A stretch of 64,000 nucleotides of DNA from Lachnospiraceae bacterium (GCA_963605385.1 CAVCUM010000006.1:551-64550); one strand, 5' to 3'. Positions 49,905-60,196 are shown, counted from the stretch's first letter. Numbers and translations are program-made. The notes: generated from the letters alone by a model not told the origin.

Positions 49905-51275
49905 ATGAAAGAAAAGCTTCGTCAGATAAAAAACAATTATCATAAAGAAACCTTGAAAATCACGCTTAACATGGCTTGGCCCGCTATCGTGGAGTCATTC
50001 TTCGTGGCCTTTGCAGGGCTTATAGACTCATTGATGGTAAGTTCTTTGGGCTCAGCCGCGGTTGCCGCGGTAGGGCTCACCACGCAGCCAAAGCTTTTGG
50101 GACTTGCCTTGTTTTTTGCCTTAAACGTATCTATTTCAGCTCTTGTCGCACGAAGAAGAGGAGAAAAAAGAAAAAACTCGGCAAATGAGATACTTCTTAC
50201 TTCACTTATTTTTGTTGCCCTTGCCGCAATGATATTCAGTATTGTTTTTGTAGCCTTTTCAAGCCCGATTATGAAAATGTGCGGTTCTACCGTTGAAACC
50301 CATAAGGGAGCTGTCCAATATTTTCGAATCATCATGGGCGGTATGATATTTAACTGTATTCAGATGGGAATCAATTCGGCACAACGCGGAGCGGGCAATA
50401 CTAAAATTACAATGCGCACCAACGTGACCTCAAATACGGTAAACATTGTTTTCAACTATTTGCTGATTAACGGTCATTTCGGCTTCCCTGCACTTGGAAT
50501 TCAGGGTGCGGCAATCGCAACCATCCTCGGAACGATTGTGGCCTGCATTATGAGCGTGGCTTCACTTTTCAAAAAAGACAATTTTATCAGTATACCTTAC
50601 ATTATCACTGAGAAGATCAAGCCGAACCTCACCGCATTTGTACAGCTTGTACGTGTCGGCTACAGCGTGTTCTTCGAGCAGGTTCTTATGAGAATCGGCT
50701 TTATGCTCACCGCAATAATGGCTGCCGACCAGGGCACAAATGCCATGGCAGCTCATCAGGTCGGTATGAATATAATGAGTCTTTCTTTTTCCTTCGGAGA
50801 CGGGCTACAGTCAACGGCGGTAGCTTTAATAGGAAGGAGTTTAGGCGAAAAGAATCCGGATCTTGCCAAGGAGTACGGGCGAACCTGCAGATTAATCGGA
50901 GCAATCATAGCGGTATGTCTTGTCTGCATATACTTTTTCGGTGCAAGATGGCTCTTTAGTCTCTTCTTTGAGGAAGAAGAAATTGTGAAAATCGGCGTTG
51001 GAATCTCACGCGTCATCATCTTTGTCGTAGTCTTCCAGATCTGCCAGGTTATTTATATGGGATGCTTAAGAGGTGCAGGAGATACTCTTTACACCGCGAT
51101 TGCATCCACGATTAGCGTTACGATTATTCGTACAGTTGTGTCTTACCTTTTCGGTTACACTTTGGGTTTAGGTATCACCGGCATCTGGCTTGGCGTACTC
51201 GGAGACCAGTTGTCGAGATTTATCTTTGCAACTGTCAGATTTAAACAGGGCAAGTGGGTACAGATTAAGATTTAG
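49905..51275 (+). CDS. MATE family efflux transporter
   Basis: About 12 TM; AVAAVG, RGAGNTK, LRGAGDT. Confidence 0.93.
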   Translation: MKEKLRQIKNNYHKETLKITLNMAWPAIVESFFVAFAGLIDSLMVSSLGSAAVAAVGLTTQPKLLGLALFFALNVSISALVARRRGEKRKNSANEILLTSLIFVALAAMIFSIVFVAFSSPIMKMCGSTVETHKGAVQYFRIIMGGMIFNCIQMGINSAQRGAGNTKITMRTNVTSNTVNIVFNYLLINGHFGFPALGIQGAAIATILGTIVACIMSVASLFKKDNFISIPYIITEKIKPNLTAFVQLVRVGYSVFFEQVLMRIGFMLTAIMAADQGTNAMAAHQVGMNIMSLSFSFGDGLQSTAVALIGRSLGEKNPDLAKEYGRTCRLIGAIIAVCLVCIYFFGARWLFSLFFEEEEIVKIGVGISRVIIFVVVFQICQVIYMGCLRGAGDTLYTAIASTISVTIIRTVVSYLFGYTLGLGITGIWLGVLGDQLSRFIFATVRFKQGKWVQIKI

Positions 51276-51288
51276 AGGTTTATTTACT

Positions 51289-51795
51289 ATGGATATAAAG
51301 AAGATATATTTCGACATGGACGGAGTTCTTGCCGATTTCAACAGAGGGATAAAAGAGTTCTGCGGAATTAACCCTCTTAAGCAGGAATTAAAATCTCAGG
51401 CCCAGGATGATGAAATGTGGCTGAAGGTTAAAGAAGTAGACCATTTCTACGACAAGCTCAAGCCTATGCCCGGTGCCTTGGAAATGTTTGAGATTCTTTG
51501 GAAAGAATACGGCGAAAAATGTGAGATACTAACCGGCATTCCAAAGCCGCACAGAGGAATAGCACATTCCGGTGAGGACAAGACAGCCTGGGCACACAGA
51601 CTGCTTTCAAAAGATTTGAAGGTTAATATTGTCTATCGTGAAGAAAAGAAAAATTACTGCAACGGTCCAGAATATATACTTATAGACGATCTTTCAAAGA
51701 ACATTAAGGAGTGGACCGATAACGGAGGGACCGGAATCTTGTTTACATCCGCAAAGGACGTGCTTACAAGGATTGATGAGATTAAAGAGCTTTAA
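51289..51795 (+). CDS. HAD-superfamily 5'(3')-deoxyribonucleotidase-like protein
   Basis: IYFDMDGVLADF and ILIDD motifs. Confidence 0.85.
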   Translation: MDIKKIYFDMDGVLADFNRGIKEFCGINPLKQELKSQAQDDEMWLKVKEVDHFYDKLKPMPGALEMFEILWKEYGEKCEILTGIPKPHRGIAHSGEDKTAWAHRLLSKDLKVNIVYREEKKNYCNGPEYILIDDLSKNIKEWTDNGGTGILFTSAKDVLTRIDEIKEL

Positions 51796-51798
51796 GAA

Positions 51799-51832
51799 TT
51801 GTCTACCTTTTGTCTCTTTCGGTCTGTATAAT
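51799..51832 (+). promoter_or_regulatory. Promoter with TTGTC-N6-TTGTC direct repeat
   Basis: TTGTCTACCTTTTGTC (51799-51814), 12 nt, TATAAT (51827-51832). Confidence 0.65.
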
Positions 51833-51914
51833 GATAGCATAAGCTTATAAAAAAGTTCGAAATTGAACACATTCAGGCAATAAACTCGTTTTCTGCCAAG
51901 CAAGGAGGACATCC

Positions 51915-54026
51915 ATGGTATTTTACGCTAATTTAGATATAACACCGGAACAATATTTTACGCATATTGAAAAAACCATCAAACGCTATTTTGGTAACCA
52001 TATTCATCAAAAAGATGCGGAAGAAGGTTTTATGGATACCTACGACTCATCCATTGCCCCTTTCGCACGTGTTTCCGGCTACAACCCGGAAAGTTATGAA
52101 ATTGACAAGACCAATATAGTTCCTGAGGAGATGTCTGCTTACCTCTCATTTCTGCAGATTTTTAATAATCCTCCTACAGATTATCTTCCCGATATGACAG
52201 AAGAGAATATTAAAAAAGTTTCCCCGGAAACCAAAGCAAAATTTGATGAGCTTGTATTTCAATACGTCATGCCCAACTCCGCTTTTGTAGTCACAAACGG
52301 TATATTCGGAGATGAAGTTCGTTACATATGCGACACCGAACCATTTAGCAAAGCGCGTGATATTACCAAGAACGTAATCCTTATGGATGATACAAACGAT
52401 GACGCGCGTGCTCTGAAAGAGGATGCAATTGCAAAGCTTTGTACTGACGGTTTAAGAAATATTACAAATTTTATGAGTATAGCATCAGCGTATAGTCTGC
52501 GCGATTATTATGTGGAATTTCTAACCGTATCCAAAATGCTTGATTGGATTGATAATAACAAATGGCTTAAGGATAAGATTCAATTAAGTGAAGATGAATG
52601 GTCTTATTTAAAAGGTCTCAGAGCGTTAGGTGAAATCGTATGTGCTGGAGAAGTAGAATACGACAATTCTCTCAAAAGCAACCATGGCAGGAACGATGAA
52701 GCAGCCGAGGAATACAGAAAATTTACATATGCTTTATTTCTTGAAAGAAAATCAACACTTAGCAAAAATACCCCTGCACTTTGCAAAAAACTTGATTCGA
52801 TACAGCAAGTCCTTAAAAATGACGATACATTTTGCAAGATTAATTGCCTGAACCAATACAAGAAAAACTACAAAAAAGCGAGGGTGAACAGGGTATATTC
52901 AACTTGCGAAGAGCTAATAGAGATTCAAAAGGCAAGTTTTAATCTCTTACCTACTGCATCCGAGATTGTCAAAAAGCTTGGAAAATGTACATCCAAAGAG
53001 CAAATCAATGCCATAGTCAAGGAAGAAGCAGCTAAAGTGGGAGAAATTCCCCAGAATTACGAAGACTTGAGTTCATTCGAATGCTGCTTTAGGAAGCATC
53101 ACACTCCCGCAAAAAAAATAGTTGAACCCGAAAAAATCGCACCTTTCTCGAACGAGGAAATTAATAAAAATAAAGCTTCAAGAAATGGAGAGTTACACAG
53201 CTTCGTAATGTCATTCTTCAAAGACGAGATAAAACCCGAAGCCGAAGCAATATATTCCGAAATTGATCTTTTCAAAAATGACAACTGGTTAAGAGGTTCG
53301 TCCGACGAATACCGTAATACGAAGGAATTGCTCGGTAAACTTGTTGAGCTTTCGAGCAAGGACTCAATCAGCAGAATGCAATTCAGGCCAATACTTGAAG
53401 CTCTCAAGGAAAAAACCGAAAAGTACTTAAATTCGAAGGATGCCGCATCGGGCCAAAAAAGAACCCAACGTAACGATGACAGTTATGCAAACCGCCGATA
53501 CAACCTCATGTTGCGCTGTTCCAAAATGGTTACGCGAATGTTGGAAGAAGAAGATAAAATTGAATACTCCAATTTTATTATCAACCTACACAAGGACGTT
53601 CAAGACCGGATATTACTTCCTCACCCGGAAGCGAATGCTGTTGTGATGCGAAAAGGGATTGAATATGTGCTCTGCAAGAATTCCGAAAAGACCTCGGAAG
53701 GCTTAAAAAAAGACCTGCTTAAAAAGTATTACGACGGAACCTTAAATACAGATCAGCTAATTGTGGACAACAAGACAGATCTCAAGGCAGTTAATAATTA
53801 TGTTAACAGTTCGATTCTTAACATTCGAAAATCCTGTGCCCAGGCAGGCATGTCTGTAGGGGAGTCGGAGGATTTACTCGTTAAGGAGCTTAATACCGTT
53901 TTCGACACTGCAATTGAAAAAGAAGACGAAGAGGTAATACAGAGAAACGAGGCCTTTAAGAATGCGAAGGCAGCTGTAAAGAAGGAGTCTGCGGAAAATA
54001 CGATAAAAAGAAGTAATTCCTTCTAA
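51915..54026 (+). CDS. Large charged helical hypothetical protein (orphan paralog 2)
   Basis: AAGGAGG RBS; shares an internal motif block with 47473-49761. Confidence 0.85.
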   Translation: MVFYANLDITPEQYFTHIEKTIKRYFGNHIHQKDAEEGFMDTYDSSIAPFARVSGYNPESYEIDKTNIVPEEMSAYLSFLQIFNNPPTDYLPDMTEENIKKVSPETKAKFDELVFQYVMPNSAFVVTNGIFGDEVRYICDTEPFSKARDITKNVILMDDTNDDARALKEDAIAKLCTDGLRNITNFMSIASAYSLRDYYVEFLTVSKMLDWIDNNKWLKDKIQLSEDEWSYLKGLRALGEIVCAGEVEYDNSLKSNHGRNDEAAEEYRKFTYALFLERKSTLSKNTPALCKKLDSIQQVLKNDDTFCKINCLNQYKKNYKKARVNRVYSTCEELIEIQKASFNLLPTASEIVKKLGKCTSKEQINAIVKEEAAKVGEIPQNYEDLSSFECCFRKHHTPAKKIVEPEKIAPFSNEEINKNKASRNGELHSFVMSFFKDEIKPEAEAIYSEIDLFKNDNWLRGSSDEYRNTKELLGKLVELSSKDSISRMQFRPILEALKEKTEKYLNSKDAASGQKRTQRNDDSYANRRYNLMLRCSKMVTRMLEEEDKIEYSNFIINLHKDVQDRILLPHPEANAVVMRKGIEYVLCKNSEKTSEGLKKDLLKKYYDGTLNTDQLIVDNKTDLKAVNNYVNSSILNIRKSCAQAGMSVGESEDLLVKELNTVFDTAIEKEDEEVIQRNEAFKNAKAAVKKESAENTIKRSNSF

Positions 54027-54090
54027 ATCCGCTTCGAGGTTTGTAAAGAAGTATTAACATTAAAAAAGATATAAAAAACATTTCCTATAA

Positions 54091-54127
54091 TCGGATAAAA
54101 GGGGCATTTCATGCCCCTTTTATCCGA
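54091..54127. terminator. Perfect 17-bp stem hairpin
   Basis: TCGGATAAAAGGGGCAT-TTC-ATGCCCCTTTTATCCGA. Confidence 0.7.
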
Positions 54128-54166
54128 AGTTGCATTATGGCGGCAGCAACTTTACTGAGGCAAAAC

Positions 54167-56695
54167 ATGAAGAACAAGCATTTCTTTAATCTCGACAAAA
54201 AATCGGAATATTTCAGATGCAACGGTGTGGACGTCATGGCTTTTGCAGACATCTATCCTGTCGGACACCAGGCCGGCGTCAGCATGATAATGCATGGAAA
54301 CCGAATCGCGACAAACGGGGATTTGCGTTTCGAACCGACTCCCGGTCAATGGCAGGCGGTTCCAAAGCAGCTTGAACGCACTCTAAGTGAAAAAGAAAAC
54401 TCTATTGTAACAAAGCTTTGCTACCCCGACGAAGATCAGCACCTTACAGGCTTCAATCCGCTCATTTATCCGGACTTCAAGTTTAACTATGAAGTAAAGG
54501 TGCGCGGCGAGGAGGGACACGTGGTAATATCCGTGGATTTAGACCGTCCCGTGCCTGAAGAGTTTTTAGGCAAGCTTTGCTTTAACCTTGAACTTGTACC
54601 ACATATTTTATTTGGCAAGCCTTGGATCATGGATGATAAGTCCGGCATCTTCCCGCCTCAGCCAAACGGGCCTACAAAAGCAAACAATGGTAACCATATG
54701 TACCCGTACAAACAGCCCGACTCTTTACCCCGTATGCCGTTTGATAAATTGTCAGAGTCGTCCGCCTACAATCCGGCAACAGCCGATACGATAATCGCAA
54801 AGCCTTACGCTGTCGGAAGGTGTTTTACATCCTGCCCGGATGACCCTTACAGGCGCTTTACTCTTAAAAGCATTGGAACCGATATAAGTCTTTATGACGG
54901 CCGTATGAATCACAATAACGGCTGGTTTGTGTTAAGCAGCGCCATACCCGCAGGAAAGACTAAGGACGCAATTTACTGGATTTTAACTCCGAATGTTGTC
55001 GATGACTGGCTATACTCTCCCGTGGTACAGGTTTCACAGGTAGGCTATCATCCCATTGCATCAAAAACAGCAATAATTGAACTTGATAAAAGCGATAAAA
55101 ATTGCGAGGATGCGATTCTTTATAAGATCACCGAAGAAGGGGCTCGTGAAATAAAACGCAGTCATCCTACCGAATGGGGTATTTTTTTACGCTACCGCTA
55201 TCTGAAGTTTGATTTTTCGGATATATACGAAGAAGGATTATATAAGGTTACCTACAAAGACAGTGTCTCTGCTATTTTTAGGATAGCCCGGGACATTTAC
55301 GACCGCGGCGTGTGGCAACCGGTACTTGAATATTTCCTTCCGGTCCAGATGTGTCACATGCGCGTCAGCGAAAAATACAGAGTTTGGCACAACTACTGCC
55401 ACTGTGACGACGGACGTATGGCACCCATTAATTACAATCATTTCGACGGATATGTGCAGGGTGCTTCAACACTCACCAAATACAAACCCGGAGATTTTAT
55501 AGGTGGGCTGAATGTTGGCGGATGGCACGATGCCGGAGACTTTGATCTGCGTGTTGAATCCCAGACCGGAGAAGCCTACAATCTCACACTTGCATTTGAA
55601 GAATTTCATGTTGATTATGATGCAACCACTATCGATCAAAGCCTCAGGATTACAGAGATTCATGAACCCGACGGGAAGAACGATATACTTCAGCAGATAG
55701 AGCACGGAGTGCTGAGCGTAGTTTCGGGGTATCGTGCTTTGGGACGCCTTTATCGCGGAATCATCTGCAATGATCTGCGCCAATACGTTCTTCTTGGTGA
55801 CCCTTCCGCAATGACCGACAATGTTCCCGGAAATGGTGATGACAGACTTGTGTTTACCGAAGAGAATTCCCCGAGGCAGCTTATGGTCGCTGCTCATTTA
55901 GCCGCAGCATCACGTGCTTTGACAGGTTTCAATGATGAATTGAGTACGGACGCTCTTAACATTGCCGTTAAGCTTTACAAGGATACTGTCGGAGAAAGCT
56001 TGGTAAATGAGAACTTTGCTTCATTTCATGCCGTAACCGACGGAAGTGACAAGACCGACAACGCAAGAATTCATGCAGCAGTGGAATTATTCCTGACAAC
56101 AGGTGAGGATTGCTATAAACAATATCTCTTGAGTAAGTGTGACTTTATTGCAGCCAATGCAAGAACCCTTGGCTGGATTATTTCCCGCGTCATTCATAAG
56201 CTTGACGACGCAGCTTTTACCGCAAAAATCAAGAAATCAATGTACGGACTCAAGGCATCTCTAGATAAAGAAAGTAAAGAAACTCCCTATGGCATACCGT
56301 ACCGCCCGTTAATATGGGGTGCAGGCTGGGCAATTCAGCGCATGGGGTTTGAATACTACTTCCTGCACGAAGCTTTTCCCGATATCTTTGACACGAGTCT
56401 TATTCTTGATTCCCTGAATTTCGTGCTCGGATGCCATCCAGGTTCAAATACCGAGTCCTTTGCTTCGGGTGTGGGTGCAAACTCCGCCACCGTTGCCTAT
56501 GGAATGAACCGTGCGGATTATTCGTATATACCGGGCGGTATTATCTCAGGGACTGCCCTTATTCGGCCTGATTTCCCGGAGCTTTTAAAGTTTCCTTATC
56601 TCTGGCAGCAAGGTGAATATGTAATCGGAGGTGGCTCCTCAAACTATATGTTTTTGGTGCTGGCGGCGCGTAAGGTACTTGACGAAAATTCATAA
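54167..56695 (+). CDS. GH9 glycoside hydrolase with Ig-like (CelD_N) domain and long N-terminal extension
   Basis: VSQVGYHP, GGWHDAGDF, C-terminal WQQGEYVI; no signal peptide. Confidence 0.85.
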   Translation: MKNKHFFNLDKKSEYFRCNGVDVMAFADIYPVGHQAGVSMIMHGNRIATNGDLRFEPTPGQWQAVPKQLERTLSEKENSIVTKLCYPDEDQHLTGFNPLIYPDFKFNYEVKVRGEEGHVVISVDLDRPVPEEFLGKLCFNLELVPHILFGKPWIMDDKSGIFPPQPNGPTKANNGNHMYPYKQPDSLPRMPFDKLSESSAYNPATADTIIAKPYAVGRCFTSCPDDPYRRFTLKSIGTDISLYDGRMNHNNGWFVLSSAIPAGKTKDAIYWILTPNVVDDWLYSPVVQVSQVGYHPIASKTAIIELDKSDKNCEDAILYKITEEGAREIKRSHPTEWGIFLRYRYLKFDFSDIYEEGLYKVTYKDSVSAIFRIARDIYDRGVWQPVLEYFLPVQMCHMRVSEKYRVWHNYCHCDDGRMAPINYNHFDGYVQGASTLTKYKPGDFIGGLNVGGWHDAGDFDLRVESQTGEAYNLTLAFEEFHVDYDATTIDQSLRITEIHEPDGKNDILQQIEHGVLSVVSGYRALGRLYRGIICNDLRQYVLLGDPSAMTDNVPGNGDDRLVFTEENSPRQLMVAAHLAAASRALTGFNDELSTDALNIAVKLYKDTVGESLVNENFASFHAVTDGSDKTDNARIHAAVELFLTTGEDCYKQYLLSKCDFIAANARTLGWIISRVIHKLDDAAFTAKIKKSMYGLKASLDKESKETPYGIPYRPLIWGAGWAIQRMGFEYYFLHEAFPDIFDTSLILDSLNFVLGCHPGSNTESFASGVGANSATVAYGMNRADYSYIPGGIISGTALIRPDFPELLKFPYLWQQGEYVIGGGSSNYMFLVLAARKVLDENS

Positions 56696-56700
56696 CCGCT

Positions 56701-56775
56701 TATTATCATGACCTGCTTTTTAGTCCCGACACCAGATTCAAGCCTGCCGTTTCGATTCTGCGTACATCGAAGCGT
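56701..56775 (+). repeat. Degenerate copy (D) of dispersed structured intergenic repeat
   Basis: CACCAGATTCAAGCCTGCC vs CACCGGATTCGAGTCTACC (15/19, all transitions); TTATCATGACCTGCT vs TTATCAGGACTTGCT. Confidence 0.5.
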
Positions 56776-56814
56776 CGCTCTTTTCGTGATATTTTACTTT
56801 CTTACTTAAAATAT

Positions 56815-56846
56815 AAAGCCCCTGCGATTTTCCCGCAGGGGCTTTT
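56815..56846. terminator. Bidirectional terminator
   Basis: AAAGCCCCTGCG/CGCAGGGGCTTT. Confidence 0.8.
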
Positions 56847-57003
56847 GCTGATTTTAAGTGAGAACGCGCAAGATTTACAAAGTCGATACTTATTACCACA
56901 AGGCGGTTTCTTTCCCCTTTTTCGGGTATAAATTCGTTCTGATTTGGGTTTTATTTGACGCGCGTCAAATAATGAGCTAATGTTTTGATATTAGTATTGT
57001 CTG

Positions 57004-58225
57004 TCAAAAAGATTTCGCACTTGACTTAATGCTTACTTTCTTTCCTGAAAAAGCAATTCCGAATTTTATGATATTTGTAATGTCGAGTTCCTTCATCTCA
57101 GCATCATATCTATTCATATCAATCTGAACCAGTGCTTCATCCGCAAGTCCCGGTAGCTTGTCTTCACCCAGGTTCTTTTTCCATTTAAGTTCCATGATAA
57201 TTCCTGGGTATTTTTCCTCTCTCGGAATCATTTCAATATCATATCTTTCGTCTCCGGATTCTCTGTTTGACTTAATTCGATATTGATTATCCATTAGTGC
57301 AATCAATCCAAGCATTAATCCATGGTAGAAGCCCTCTGTTCCAGCATCATAGAAGCTAATGGATTTATCCATATATTCAGTGATGGCTTTCTGAAGATTT
57401 TTATAATTGTTTCCATAAAGGCTCTCCGCAATCTTATTCACAGTCGTTCTTGTAATTGCGCCAACCATCAGCAAGTGTGACAAGATTTCACTCTTGTATA
57501 CCGCTGCAATCTCCCTGTTCGGAATGGACACCTCGCATAGATAAGAGCCGTCTTCCTGAAGTTCTTTCTTCAGTGCATTCAAATAACCTGCCACTAACAG
57601 CAGGCTGTAGATATTTGCCGGTTCATCCGAAAGAGACCTGTAAACAACATTCTGATCAATTCTTGCAATAACCGTTTCGCCTTGCAGTAATGAATAAAGT
57701 CTTTCCGTAATATCATCTGTTGCCGACGCAAGAACATCTTCCAAAATTTCGTTCTTGCCGGTATTTACCCAGTAAGCCTGCAGAATGCAACCCCTTGAAA
57801 TATAATTTATTACAGACCACGGGTTATAAATTTCCGTAGATCCGAACAAATATCCGTCATACCAACCTTTAAGCTCTTTTTCTTTATCAAGTGCACCGTA
57901 ATACATCAGTAGCTCTCTGGCTTCTGAAGCAGTGAAACCGAAAAAGCAATCATACTCTTCATCCATCACGGAATTTACGGTCAAGTTGTTGAGTCCGCTG
58001 AAAATACTCTCCTGAGCAATCCTGAGAATACCCGTCAAAAATCCATAAGTGAGATTTTTGTTATCCTTGTGTCTCCCAAACTCCTCCTGTAAGAGATCTC
58101 GGATTTTATCCAGAGTTGCCTCCCAGGAATCAAACTTAACATCTTTGAACGTAAGAAAAACAACCGGATATTGTCCTTGTTGTTTGCGGTATTCTTCCCC
58201 ACATTTCCAAATTGCTTTATTTCTG
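57004..58225 (-). pseudogene. Truncated and internally deleted AAA-ATPase-like / PD-(D/E)XK nuclease gene
   Basis: YPVVFLTFKD, FLTGILRIAQESIFSGLNNL, IYNPWS, EGFYHG, SNRESG..RYD..MELK present; Walker A N-terminus and IDEYD block absent. Confidence 0.75.
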
Positions 58226-58369
58226 TCACATAGCTTGCACATTTTTCCGAAATTTATCAACTTGAATTTGATATATTGCGGAAAAATATTGCTGTAATTT
58301 GTCTTTTTGCGAAGCTAATAGCATTTAAAGCTGTAACAGTATGTCTTGGCAGGTGCATCGGACATAGCC

Positions 58370-59215
58370 TCAGAAGTGTCGTGTATCAATCACAACATCC
58401 CCGGGATCTGTCAAAAGAATCTCGCACGTAGGATTTGCCCTTCGAAGGTTTTCGTAAACATCACTGTTTTCGCTAAGATATGCATCCTCGTTTGTGATAA
58501 TTGCCGTTTTGGGTCTGAAAATTTCAAGAGCCTCGTCACATGCCGTATCTATAGTTCCGTGGTGAGGTGCCTTATATATGTCGATTGGCTTACCTATAAG
58601 CTTTGCAACCTGACTGCAGACATAATTTGCCATTGGATGCGTCGAGGGTTTATCCATGATATCCCCGCCGAGAAAGATATTCTTTCCGTCTGCCTCTACG
58701 AATATTCCCAGACTGTTCTGGTTCTCACTGAATAGGATTTTATGATATGTCTCGGGGTAAGCCTCATCCTCATAAATCTCACGAATTGAGTTCTTTACAG
58801 AAAACAATTTTAATTCATATTCACCGAATGGAATCGAAGACAATTCCTCAACGCGGATTAATCGGCTGTAATCAGTCACGGCATCTGTTATCTTCCCGTA
58901 CTTTTCAATTTCAGACTGCCTGTATGCATCATCCGCCGGCGTTCCCCACGCTGTGAAAGCATCCAACCCGCTGTATTCTTTCATATATACTTTTTCAACA
59001 TCAAAATTTTTAACAATTTCAGATATGTTGTCGTAATGATCTCTATGAAAATGTGTAAGCAGGATGAAATCGATTCTACTTGCTCCAAGCTTTCTTAAAT
59101 ATTTATCAAGATAATCATACTGTTCTTTAATTCCCGTATCTACAAGTGCTATCCTACCATCACTTTCGAGAACAATCATGTCACTCCATTTAGTCTTAAG
59201 AAAATGTAATTTCAT
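58370..59215 (-). CDS. MBL-fold hydrolase (ComEC/Rec2-like, soluble)
   Basis: LVDTG, THFHRDH, ENQNS, GGD, KAPHHG. Confidence 0.85.
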   Translation of the reverse strand: MKLHFLKTKWSDMIVLESDGRIALVDTGIKEQYDYLDKYLRKLGASRIDFILLTHFHRDHYDNISEIVKNFDVEKVYMKEYSGLDAFTAWGTPADDAYRQSEIEKYGKITDAVTDYSRLIRVEELSSIPFGEYELKLFSVKNSIREIYEDEAYPETYHKILFSENQNSLGIFVEADGKNIFLGGDIMDKPSTHPMANYVCSQVAKLIGKPIDIYKAPHHGTIDTACDEALEIFRPKTAIITNEDAYLSENSDVYENLRRANPTCEILLTDPGDVVIDTRHF

Positions 59216-60196
59216 CTATTCCTCCGCCTCAAGATAGCTTTGAAGTCTTACCGCTACATTCTCCTGAAGATTTCTGAAAAAAAACTGGTAATCGTAAACA
59301 TGGTATTCGCCTTCGGGCAAATTCGGAACCACCGGAGGATAATCCGCTGCGGAAATATCCGTAACCTTAAGCGTTCCTCTCGTCTTATCTGTATATGCTC
59401 CGCAAAGTCCCACTACCTCGGACTTGATGCCTCCTTCGTAATTGGTAAAACAAGCGCCTTTATTTTCTTCCTTTGTAGCCGGTGTACCATCTGTCGTCCA
59501 ATTCAAAGGATTGATGGAAAGCATCTTCGTATCGGCAGGGACTATAAAGCTTTCATTTACATCCTCAGATTCACACTCAAAGCTTACAATTACACCCGTG
59601 TCCTTTTCACCCTGTGCTGCCACAAGCTGAGGATACTTCTCCGTCATTTCTTTCGTAAGTGGCCAGCCGATTGCATATACCGCAACAAGCTGTTCCATTA
59701 ACTCATCGTCATCAAAGTATTCTTCCATGAGGCGATAGCACATATCCGCACCCTGTGAAAAGCCTGCCAAAATGATAGGACGACCGTCATTTTCTTTTTC
59801 CAGATAATAGGAAAAAGAAGCGCTGACATCTTCGTATGCATACTCAAGGTACTGTTCCTGCTCTGCCGCATCCAGACCATATATCTTCATGGCAGCCTGC
59901 TCGTAGTAGGGTGCAAAGAGCCTTGCCGAGTCCTCATAGATGCCGCGCTCCATATTCAGAGCTCCGAGAAAGGAGGCCTTTGTATCTTCATCATCCAAAG
60001 ACATATTGTATTCATCCTTCATGTCAACCGTCGGACAGACTAAAAACAAATCCGCTTCCTTGTCATCTCCCTCTCCAAAATAAGCCCAGTTTTCCAAAAG
60101 GCTGTAGTCGACTCTTGCCTCTTTTGTGCATCCTGACGCAAGCAAAGTCCCGATGCACAAGGTTAAGACTATAATCCATGATTTTATTTTTTTCAT
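59216..60196 (-). CDS. DUF3089 alpha/beta-hydrolase lipoprotein
   Basis: Lipobox ASGC, FAPYYEQ, GFSQG nucleophile elbow, YHVYDY. Confidence 0.85.
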   Translation of the reverse strand: MKKIKSWIIVLTLCIGTLLASGCTKEARVDYSLLENWAYFGEGDDKEADLFLVCPTVDMKDEYNMSLDDEDTKASFLGALNMERGIYEDSARLFAPYYEQAAMKIYGLDAAEQEQYLEYAYEDVSASFSYYLEKENDGRPIILAGFSQGADMCYRLMEEYFDDDELMEQLVAVYAIGWPLTKEMTEKYPQLVAAQGEKDTGVIVSFECESEDVNESFIVPADTKMLSINPLNWTTDGTPATKEENKGACFTNYEGGIKSEVVGLCGAYTDKTRGTLKVTDISAADYPPVVPNLPEGEYHVYDYQFFFRNLQENVAVRLQSYLEAEE

